64,000 nt of DNA, from assembly GCA_051362555.1 (NCBI GenBank), contig CM120643.1, positions 21,022,848 through 21,086,847 of the forward strand, given 5' to 3'. Under the pieces are notes generated by a model. It was not told the origin of the DNA, searched no databases, and saw nothing but the letters and a program-made list of their open reading frames with translations. The stretch comes from Lingula anatina. Lineage: Eukaryota; Animalia; Brachiopoda. How positions within the stretch are numbered: position 1 is the stretch's first letter; every line of letters starts with the position of its first letter. This document shows positions 14,507-24,141 of the stretch, piece by piece. Position numbers and translations under genes: made by a program.

Positions 14507-14746
14507 GCGTTCAGATTTAAACATCATACCATATACATTGATCCAACTCTGCGGAGGATTTTCGCTTAATTGCATTCAGTGTAATCAGCTTAATTAATCA
14601 GCTTTCGTGTGTAATCGGCTTAATTGCCCCCTAGCAGCTCGGGGAGGCATGTCTGATATTTAAGCCGATTACAGTGATTTCATTTACGGAGAAATCTCTC
14701 ACAGAGTTGGAGCGATCCAGCTACTATGATGGGTTTATCTGAATGC
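14507..14746. mobile_element. Palindromic MITE-like element
   Basis: The left arm GCGTTCAGAT..CATCATA..TCCAACTCTG..GTAATCAGCTTAA is mirrored by TTAAGCCGATTAC..CAGAGTTGGA..TATGATG..ATCTGAATGC. Confidence 0.65.
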
Positions 14747-15439
14747 TTCTATTAAAAATTTAAGTTCATCAAGTACATTTTTGACAAATGGAGCAAAATC
14801 CAATCTTATTTGTGGTCCAGTCTATTGATACGAATGCACTTAGCTTCCTCATGAAACAAATGTTCATCCCACATTACACGCAAATAAATCAAATAGATAT
14901 AGCCTATAAGATGCAAAATTTGAACAAAATATATAATCAATCAAATATAGGCCTACATGTCACTTGAACTCAATCACTCTAAATCCACAAAGCATACAGA
15001 TAAACATCTGCCCTATCAACGACCTAAGCTTTTATGTCTGGATCCCATAATAAATTTCTTATCAAGGTCACTTTGACAAAATTGTAAATATATGAATCAC
15101 GTGAATCTGACGTGGTCATATCAAAGTTTGGTCTGACAATGATAGGTCATGTGTACTTCAAACTGTTTGGAGTGTTTAACTACATACAATCATATACTTC
15201 ATCACAATGACTCTTCATGCTGCCACCAGAGCACTCCTCGCATTTCAGAGGCAACCTCTGATGCTGTGGTTTGAGATGGCCTTCCTGTGGCCATTGAAAC
15301 TCGGGCCACCTCTGTCCTCAGACTAATTAGGGCCAGATGACTGTATAGATCATATTACTAAATAACTGACGTTATGTGACAACTATATATTACTTCACAT
15401 GAAATTTAAAAAATGTGTGAGACACGGGTCCTCATCGTA

Positions 15440-16035
15440 TTTGTTCATTTGGTGATAAAAATAAAGAGTCTTTCTTACATTTAGTCTGAGGAGCCTTGTC
15501 ACCTGGCCATATGGTGACACGAGAAATTATTTGTTGAATTCAGTCTTAAAGCACTCTGTATCACCTAGTTTGTTGACATGAATGGAGGGTATTTGTTAGA
15601 TTTACGCATAGTTTGGCAATGTCTGGCCATTTAGTGTCATATAAAATGCAGACCTCTGCCAAGGCAACTCTGTTTTCATTCTATTTATAAATCAATTAAA
15701 TAATTAGTTATATTCTCATTATTAATAAAAAACCAAATTATGTGAGGAGTTACAAGCAAAATTGACAATTTCATGAAAATCTATCAATATCTTTTTAGTT
15801 AGGCTGGTGACAAACAAATGGATATGAAAACCACCTCCTTGGCTGAGGTAAATGCATAATATACATTTGTTAAATTAAGCCATGGATGCCCATGTAATTC
15901 AGTCATTTGTTGACATAAATAAAGGATATACTCCCATTCAGTCACGTATGCCCATGACAACATGTCACTTGGTGACATAAATGAAGGATATTTGTTAAAT
16001 TAGTCATGGGTACTTCTGTCATTAGCTCACTTAAT
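15440..16035. repeat. Degenerate minisatellite, roughly 65-70 bp unit
   Basis: A recurring motif of the form TTG(G/T)TGACATAAATGAAGGATATTTGTTAAATT(C/T)AGTC is seen near 15449, 15513, 15571, 15907 and 15970. Confidence 0.55.
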
Positions 16036-17038
16036 GATAGCTGTAATGGACATTTAATTTGGACAAGTTGTGAACAAGACCAGTTGACGCAATTTAATGC
16101 TATTTCTTTGCTTCAGTTGTTTTATTTAAGAACAAGGCTAGTACAAATTTAAATGAGTAAACCATACACTTTTATACAAAGTTTATTTTGTCATAATATA
16201 CATAACATCATTACCATGGAATTATGAGTGTTTGTCATTAGGTCTTCGAGACACTGCAATGACTAAGACTCACATGCTGTAGTGTCAGGGGCAGATTTTA
16301 CAGATATGATTAAAAATGTCAAGAAATATGTTTATCTCATAATGTATAAGCATATATTTACATATGATATCTCTCTATTATTTACAAGAACTGTGACAGC
16401 TGTATAACCCTGATCACATAAGATAAGACTTATATACAATATATTACATAATGGTGATAATGTCAATGACTGAGAAAGAAATGTTCTGAAATGAGCAAGA
16501 GGCAATTCTGAACATGAACTACAAAGGGTGTGCGTACAAAAACACTTTGACTGTGTATAACCCATCGATTTCAAGGTTTAAATTATATCCCCAAAATAAA
16601 ATTACAAAATAATGTCAAATGATGGTTGTTAATTTAGAATTATATGTTTCATCTGTTATGTTACTGGGCATGAAAAATGTTATCTAAACAACTTTTCCAA
16701 ATGAGGAATATCTAAAATAAATCACCCTTTCATTAGAGAATCAAATAATTGTCTTACCAACAATTTACAAAACATGACATTTGTCTTAAAAGCTGTGACA
16801 GATGTTCTAAAAATTTCATTACTCTACCAAAAATTGAGGTTTCTTTTGCACTTTCCAATGAGCCTACTTGGCATAACTTACAAAATTAATTTATACAGTG
16901 TTCACAGATATGTAGGCTTTTCTGAACAGAATAGGGAAGATATTCATAACAATTGAACCTCCCCCTCCATTAAAAAAAAAAAAAAACATTACTAAAACTT
17001 TTAACATTAGAAATTTCTCTTTCTGCATAACAAAACAG

Positions 17039-17040
<2 letters not shown>

Positions 17041-17106
<66 letters not shown>
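17041..17106. repeat. (AT)n microsatellite in the probable CEBPG 3'UTR
   Basis: Pure AT run. A candidate minus-strand AATAAA lies at 16121-16126. Confidence 0.95.
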
Positions 17107-17110
<4 letters not shown>

Positions 17111-17611
17111 ATCTAATCTCATTTAATTTTGCCTAAAGAAATCATAAAGATCTAATGAATCAGAAGTTTTGCCAGTTCATCTTTACTAGTACTCTGGCTA
17201 CAAAGTTCAGATCTGGCTCAAGATTCCTGATACTTCTGGCTGTAGCTACAGCAAAAGTAATATTAATGCAAACCAAGGGCACTAACTCTTGGACAACACA
17301 GTTCTCTTTAAAAACTGACTCTGTTCATTCTCTTTACCAATTCATGAATTCACTTATCATTCATTTTTTTTCTCTTGGCCTGCTCTTTCTGTCACATGCA
17401 CATACTTTTTTTAGTATAATGGGTAAAAAGTTCAGAATGCATTATCCCCAGAATAGATGAAAGTGCTCACTGTCAGTTATATCCACAAATGTCACAAATG
17501 ATGAGCTGAACGAAGAGCGATGTGCATTAATTCCACTGAAGGAAACTTTGGTAACACGAATGACACCTGGGCAGTGATCTTATAATGGAACTGAATGTTG
17601 AAATTAAAACC

Positions 17612-17977
17612 TCAGGACGAAGGTGGAGTGGATGCCGTGTATCCGTGGTCCTTGTTCACTGTCTCCAGATTAGCTGTAGCTGGTGCTGTTGACGCCGTTC
17701 CTGAATGTGCCATGAACAAGTCTTTCAAAACATTCAGTTCTTGCTGAAGCACCTCTACTCTGTCCTCTAACAGCTTGTTCTCTGCCCGCAGTCCCGAAAC
17801 TTTCTCCTGAGTCTCCTTGGACTTTTGGCGACTCTTTTCTCTGCTTTTTTTCACAGCTACGTTGTTTCTTTCTCGCTTTTCTTTATACTCCTCAGAATCT
17901 CTTTCCCCGTAGCTCCGTGGCCTGCGTGCCTTGGCTTTGCCTCCACCACCAGCATTCTGCTGCTTTTTCGGTGGCAT
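17612..17977 (-). CDS. CEBPG: CCAAT/enhancer-binding protein gamma (small bZIP, 121 aa)
   Basis: MPPKKQQ...DSEEYKEKRERNNVAVKKSREKSR...LEDRVEVLQQELNVLKDLFMAH. It has the C/EBP basic region and zipper, no N-terminal transactivation domain, and the gamma-type AVKKSR and LKDLF..H. The ATG at 17977 lies 1 nt inside an exon that follows a ttttccAG acceptor. The ORF track's 11 extra residues come from a TTG in the intron. Confidence 0.93.
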   Translation of the reverse strand: MPPKKQQNAGGGGKAKARRPRSYGERDSEEYKEKRERNNVAVKKSREKSRQKSKETQEKVSGLRAENKLLEDRVEVLQQELNVLKDLFMAHSGTASTAPATANLETVNKDHGYTASTPPSS

Positions 17978-17978
17978 C

Positions 17979-18420
17979 CTGGAAAAAGGGAAGGATTTGC
18001 TCAAATACAAGATTGTCTAATACATGTCAAAATCAATGTGCCATACTGTATATTGGCACTGCACACTGTACATGGAAACTTACGCTAGTGACAGTCAATA
18101 TTCTAAAAATTTTAACCTCGATCATAATACCCACACAGGCATGGCAAAGGGTGATGTACTCTTTATATACAGATTATGCAGAGTAGTTCTTCAGGGTGCT
18201 GATGATATTTAGCAAAAGAGCTCAAAAGGGAAGGCAACCGTAACTGTATACTTGTAAATGTTGTCACATCTGATTCACGTTGCATCAGCATTTCATCATG
18301 CATTACTCCACAATAAAACGTTATTACTGTGTATAATACAACAGGGGACCGAATTTGACCACATTAAACTCATAACACAATAATAATGGCAATTATCCTA
18401 GTTTCTACAACAAAACGTAC
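17979..18420 (-). other. Probable 5'UTR intron of CEBPG; non-coding exon 1 lies above 18420
   Basis: On the minus strand there is a donor AGG|GTACGT at 18420 and a pyrimidine-rich acceptor at 17980-17979. A non-coding first exon is also the mammalian CEBPG arrangement. Confidence 0.6.
18279..18298 (-). promoter_or_regulatory. Tandem C/EBP-ATF response elements (CARE/AARE)
   Basis: GTTGCATCA (18279-18287) is the reverse complement of TGATGCAAC. ATTTCATCA (18290-18298) is the reverse complement of TGATGAAAT. Both fit TGATGnAAn. Confidence 0.55.
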
Positions 18421-18479
18421 CCTAAAGCAGCGTTTGAGTCGTCTTCAATACCACCTCATGTAAATTTTGACACAGCTGT

Positions 18480-18870
18480 TTTCTCTAGTGCGGAATACCG
18501 GAAACGTAGCAATCGGAATTGTGGGTAAAATTCTGTTTGGGAGCATTTATTATCGTTGCGAGTATTTACACAGTGTCGGTCTCTACGTCAATGCAAGATA
18601 AGTACTGAAATGAATGCCCCCTGAGTGAATTGAAGTGTGATTGCGAAATCCCTTATTGACGTCAATGGTGATGTAGGATCCTATTTTTATCCAATTACGT
18701 ATTGGCTAAATTTAGTAACAAAACCGGCTTACCGTTAGTGATCTTACGCACAGGAACCGAGCAATTTGCCTATATTAGGCTCAATCCCAAATTCTAGTTT
18801 TCAGATCCATCTCAATTTAACTGTACTGGGTTATATTTTCTTAACTAGAAGTCATCTAGTCTATAAGAAA
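18480..18870. promoter_or_regulatory. Divergent promoter region shared by CEBPG and C/EBP
   Basis: ETS-like CCGGAA near 18498; CRE-like TACGTCA near 18584; C/EBP site ATTGCGAAAT at 18640-18649; palindrome ATTGACGTCAAT (perfect CRE) at 18655-18666; inverted CCAAT pair CCAAT-TACGT-ATTGG at 18691-18705; TATA-like TATATTA at 18771 and CTATAAGA at 18861. Confidence 0.7.
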
Positions 18871-19145
18871 AATGCACCCCGAAGCCCGAATTTAGCGGAG
18901 TGATATAACCTAGAAATACGTAGGTGATGCGGCTCTGTTGCTTAAAGGTTAGTCGCGGTTTCAGCAGTGCAGCATTTCCCAGCTTACCAAGCGCACTAAA
19001 CGTGTGAAGCGAGACTTACGATACCACGGAGTCTCAGTTGTTTCCAAGGGTCTGACCTTGACTTCGCCAAGATAGGGCAACCATACAACGGTACCGGGAA
19101 CACTCCCGATATCTCAGCCTACGAGCTGCTTGAGTTAGATTCGAC

Positions 19146-19175
19146 ATGCGGGACAGGCCTCCTAGGTTCCGTTAA
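19146..19175 (+). promoter_or_regulatory. Out-of-frame upstream ORF (MRDRPPRFR*) in the C/EBP leader
   Basis: ATG CGG GAC AGG CCT CCT AGG TTC CGT TAA. It ends immediately before the conserved-looking C/EBP N-terminus HSPHLYE. Confidence 0.6.
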
Positions 19176-19176
19176 C

Positions 19177-19956
19177 CAGCACTCGCCACATTTGTACGAG
19201 TTTGATCCCTTCGAGACTTTGAAAAAGGGGACGCAGCCGCAAGGACCCGGCGGCGTGGGCGGCATTACATTCAACTTCGAGGAAGAAGTCCTGGGTACCA
19301 ACAACGAGGTATCTTTTGATCTGCAGTCGCTTATAGAGGACACCTGTAGTGGTTTTCCATCCGACGATCAGTTATTAAGCGATATCCTAGGCGACTGCAA
19401 GCCAAACCTAACTGCGGTCTCGACGACCGGCGGAGCATTTGTGCAAGCTCTCTCCCCCAGCGCAGGCAGTACAGCAAGTAACCACAGCAACATTTCGGAG
19501 TCTATGCCTCAACCGACTGATTTGGAGACTCTAACTTCGTGGGTGGTGAAGCAGGAGGGGTCACCACCTCCCTGCGAAGTTTCTACAGCCACGAACACTA
19601 GAACCAAGGTTCCCGTGACTGTGACAGAAGCCGATCTTCCTACCAGTCCCACGAATCGCCTCAAGGCTCGCCCACCGGGCAGAGGGAAGAAGAGGGTGTA
19701 CGAGAAAAACTCAGAGGAATACCGGCAGCGCAGAGAACGCAATAACGTCGCAGTGAGAAAAAGTCGCGACAAAGCAAAACTAAAACAAATAGAAACTGAG
19801 TGCAAAGTCAAAGAACTGAGTGATCAGAATCAAACTCTTCAGAAGAAATTAGACTTACTGACTAAAGAACTCAATGTCCTTAAGGGACTATTCATCAACA
19901 CAGGGGCCACGATCCCAAATGAATATAAAGACTTGCTTAAAGACTTGTGTAGGTAA
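19177..19956 (+). CDS. CEBP: CCAAT/enhancer-binding protein, alpha/beta/delta (slbo/ApC/EBP)-type; start codon unresolved
   Basis: bZIP KNSEEYRQRRERNNVAVRKSRDKAK...LQKKLDLLTKELNVLKGLF. TAD-like box NEVSFDLQSLIED...DDQLLSDIL, SUMO-consensus VKQE, MAPK-type PTSP, and N-terminal SPHLYE. The frame is open from 19000 (previous stop TAA at 18997-18999), but the first in-frame ATG is at 19504. The ORF track start at 19192 is a TTG. Confidence 0.92.
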   Translation, partial: QHSPHLYEFDPFETLKKGTQPQGPGGVGGITFNFEEEVLGTNNEVSFDLQSLIEDTCSGFPSDDQLLSDILGDCKPNLTAVSTTGGAFVQALSPSAGSTASNHSNISESMPQPTDLETLTSWVVKQEGSPPPCEVSTATNTRTKVPVTVTEADLPTSPTNRLKARPPGRGKKRVYEKNSEEYRQRRERNNVAVRKSRDKAKLKQIETECKVKELSDQNQTLQKKLDLLTKELNVLKGLFINTGATIPNEYKDLLKDLCR

Positions 19957-21148
19957 CCCAGGTATATTCGGTGTAGCACACCAGGATTTATTACAATGTA
20001 CAGACATTACCAGGAGTGATGGTGATAATAATGTAGACTTTTTTAAAACTGAATTTGTCCTCGAATCGACGGATGAAAATATGCAGCTTACACCATGTGT
20101 ACATAGAACTGATGTACAGAGAACTGTTCATGGTTTTGTAGACTCTGACTTTAGTGTAGAAAATAGTGTTAACTGTTCAAAGTGTATGAATGTGCCACAG
20201 TGTTTGTCGGAGACAAACTATATAGAAAACTACGTTAGTTTAGCTGACTGTAATTGTTGTACATATTTGTTACACAGAGTAGCACCAAGTGTATGGAAGT
20301 ATATGAACTTTTTGAAAACGGATGTTAGTATATCAAAATGGGACCTCAGTAAAAACAATATATGAAGTATTTCTAACATAAATCAACGTGTTGTGTTTCA
20401 TTGCCGCGGTAGACTGCTTGATATAAGTAGTAATGCATTCTTTGCAGACCACATCCTGGAGACCGGTTTTAAAACATTTCATTTATGACGCCCATCCCCT
20501 ACCTAATACCCCATATTATTTGCGTCTATCGTATCTTATTTGCCAGTCAAACAAAGTCAGCCAAGTTTGATTTCTCGCGATTTGTACTTGACATAGTTCT
20601 TCAATATCGACGTTCAGTCTGATATTAAGATATTAAACGTTATCAGAACTGATTGAGGGCAAGGGGGGGGGGGGGGGGCGCTGTCGAACTAATGACTGTT
20701 GCCTTGAGCAGTTTTTCACATCTTTTCTGTTCATTTATTACATTTTAAACCCGCGTGGAGTTTATTTTTATGAAATAATCCAAAAACGCGTGAGAAATGA
20801 CAGTAGGGAATTTTCTTGGGTGCATTTGTATTTTCCCTGGAATTTTAGTTTCTCATGCAGAAAAATGTGAAAAGCACCATGAAAACAGTTACGAATGTGC
20901 CGAGAAAAGGTGGTTTCGTTACTATAATTACGTTGGAGGTCTTCACAAAACTTGAGACAGGAATAGATTTGTCTAATCAATACTGCAGTTTGTACATGTT
21001 CTGCTGAAAACTCACTGATTGCCAGAAAATGAATCCTTCGACCGCACTTCCCCGAGTATTGATAATCAGTAGACTAAGCCGTGGGTAAACTGGAATCTAA
21101 CTGACGTACCGTGTGTTCCCTGACCACTACTTCTGCTTTCAATTCATT

Positions 21149-21434
21149 TGGTGCTGTTTGGAAAATCAAGTTAGTGACATAATGATACTCAAGTCATTTA
21201 TTTGCCGTGAAAAGTGTCTTTAATTGTTGATTGGTCCTAACTTGGTGTACAAGGAATTGGATATGGCAATCGATATTCATTTTCTAGATGTTTGAAAAAA
21301 AAAAAAAAAAAAAAAAAACACCCCTCCAGTCTTATGATTATCTGTGATAGTTTCATCCGTGCAAAGCAGCCCCCCCCCCTCCTCCGCCCACACCACGTTT
21401 CTCACTGCAGGAAATTTCAGGGGCAAAATGAGTA
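21149..21434 (+). repeat. About 290-bp dispersed repeat, copy 1 (copy 2 at 23770-24069)
   Basis: TGGTGCTGTTTGGAAAATCAAGTTAGTGACATAATGATACTCAAG ... ATTTCAGGGGCAAAATGAGTA is present at both loci. Confidence 0.9.
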
Positions 21435-23616
21435 CCCTGGATCCATCTCAAATAAGTAGCAGCAGTCATTATTTCTGTTTTCCTTTTGAAAGCTGTAATA
21501 GCGGAATCCGAAACGCGAAACCTTCGACATACGTATAGGGACCGCTATGAAAAATCAGGGTTTACCTGGGCTAATTTCACCGGTATGTAGAATTTGTATT
21601 GGGGATTACTTGCGTAAATGAAGCAGATGGGTACTATGAAGCGGGTTTATCTTGCTGGCTAAAATTATACGCGCCTAATTCATTTACGCGTTCTATGACG
21701 TTCTTGCCACAAGGAGGGAGAAAAACTACATGCGTCTTTTAGAAGTGTTGCCAATAGTGGAAAGAAACACCTGCTTTGAATTCCCAAATCAAAGGATTAT
21801 TACCTGGGTTTTTTATACCGGGTGTCAAAACGGGACATTATTTCTTTGCAAATCAGTTGGTTGCCTATAGCCCCTTTTCAATTAAAAACTCAATGTAACG
21901 ATAAAGATGTGACGCAGTTCAAAGATCGCATAATTTTTGTGAATGCCATTATCCCACTCGTTTCACCAGCTAAACGACTGATGAATACCTCGTATGACAC
22001 ACCCTGAGTTTTAGAGCGACACTGGGAACCCACAGCTGTACAGTCCGCTAGTCTCTGCCTTATCAGATACTGAGCACAGCATATATAATATATGAGGATA
22101 GCAGTGAAGTGAGTTTTCCAGAGTCATCTGGAACTCGGGGTAGAATCGGTATTTTATGGACTTTGCCAATAGCGCCAGCAATTCCTAAATCTATTTTTTT
22201 CGATTTGTTTTGACCCAAAGCTACGATTCCAATTATAAGATACGCATGTCCGAACTTGATTTTCTAAATTTCTTGTCGGGCAAGTTTATATCTGCAGATT
22301 TTGAAGATGTTGTTTCAGCTGTCGATATGTGTACTGCTTTTTAAAAATATTCAAGAGTGTGAAAAGGAGACAAATCGCTTCTATAGCATTATATGCTCTC
22401 ATTAAGAGTAGAAAAGAAAATGCGTGTATTGCTACTCTTCCAGTTTTCAACCTCAATTAAACTAAATATAACACACAGGAATAGCAAGAGTAGGAATCTA
22501 TTGTAAATTTATTAATCCCCCCCTCTCTCTCTCTCTCTCTCTTTTTCTCTCCAAATTTACATTAACTGCAGGTCATTCCTGCCAATATTTCATCCTCAAT
22601 GCAAGATTTCAATTTTGATGTACAAGTGATAGAGTAATTGTATATTTGTCCAGGCACTTAATATCTCCGCAAATGTTGACTTTCAACCGCCAGAAAACAG
22701 CCCACTGGATCGATGGAGGATGGATGATGATGTTGATCCAGTTGTTTGTCCGAAGGGACCTTTATCGAGGGGCCAAAGCTTGATTTGCTCATGAAATCCT
22801 AGCTACATGTATTTTGCAGCGGTTGCGTGCTTTTTACTTGAAGGGAATGGGAGCGAATAGTACGAGAGTCCCCCCTGAAATATTCCGTTGGTTACCCGAA
22901 AGCAAATTACTGGTCAGGGAGGGTCAGTTTCAATACTTTGAAACCCGGGGTGATGGGGATGGCATGTCAGGAGTAGGAAACGAAAGTCACCGCCAGAACT
23001 CAGGGTGAAACCTCAGTATACAAGTGCATGTGCACCTGACTAGAATTCCGTTGAATTTATACACTATAAATAATGAACAGATAGCACGAGAGTCTCAAAT
23101 ACACATTTTATTCGTATTCGAGATAGGTTAACATATCCCTATGATATTTGGCTCTGTTGTGGTGTGATTCTGAATGTACAGTTATTGGCAGTGCGTAGGT
23201 GTATTTCTGTTTTGGTTTATAGACCCATGTTACAGTAAAAAGATCCCCTTTAACTGAAGTCCAATAAGTGCATAATGTGAGCTCCCTCCTTTTGTGTGGA
23301 AGATCGCTAGGTCATCAATTTTCAGCAATGCTACCTTCTTCCCATACAACAAACCTTTGTATTATTTGCAACCCATTTTAATATCAAAGCGAGGGAGATA
23401 TTTCTTTGACACCTCGTTCAAACGCTGAGAAATTACCCCTGGAAGGAACAGTACATTACATGTGTAGTCACCCATCCCAGTGCATACCAAATACCCCTCT
23501 GTCACTTGGGTAGCATCAAGGCCAATGGCCGTGTGACAGGTAAACTGACTGCAGTAGACTTCACAATGAATGAGGATGGCAGGATAAATTACTTAATATT
23601 TTCGTTGTTTGTGAAT

Positions 23617-23619
<3 letters not shown>

Positions 23620-23654
<35 letters not shown>

Positions 23655-23691
23655 ACACACACACACACACACACACACACATTTTAAACCT

Positions 23692-23772
<81 letters not shown>

Positions 23773-24066
23773 TGCTGTTTGGAAAATCAAGTTAGTGACA
23801 TAATGATACTCAAGACATTTATTTGCCGTGAAAAGTGTCTTTAATTGTTGATTGTTGACTGGTCCTAACTTGGTGTACAAGGAATTGGATATGGCAATCG
23901 ATATTCATTTCCTAGATGTTTGAAAAAAAAAAACACCCCTCCAGTCTTATGATTATCTGTGATAGTTTCAACCGTGATTATCTGTGATAGTTTCAAGCAC
24001 CCCCCCCCCCCCCCCTCGCCGCGTACATCACATTTCTCACTGCAGGATATTTCAGGGGCAAAATGA

Positions 24067-24139
<73 letters not shown>
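23620..24139. repeat. Compound (CT)n(CA)n(TA)n microsatellite interrupted by copy 2 of the 290-bp repeat (23770-24069)
   Basis: TA tracts at about 23694-23770 and 24068-24139 directly abut the inserted copy. Confidence 0.9.

Positions 24140-24141
<2 letters not shown>

Noticed and set aside
19119-19811. Antisense ORFs 19119-19343 and 19509-19811; likewise + strand ORFs over CEBPG and minus-strand 4396-4584
   Set aside because: These are shadow ORFs opposite real coding sequence.
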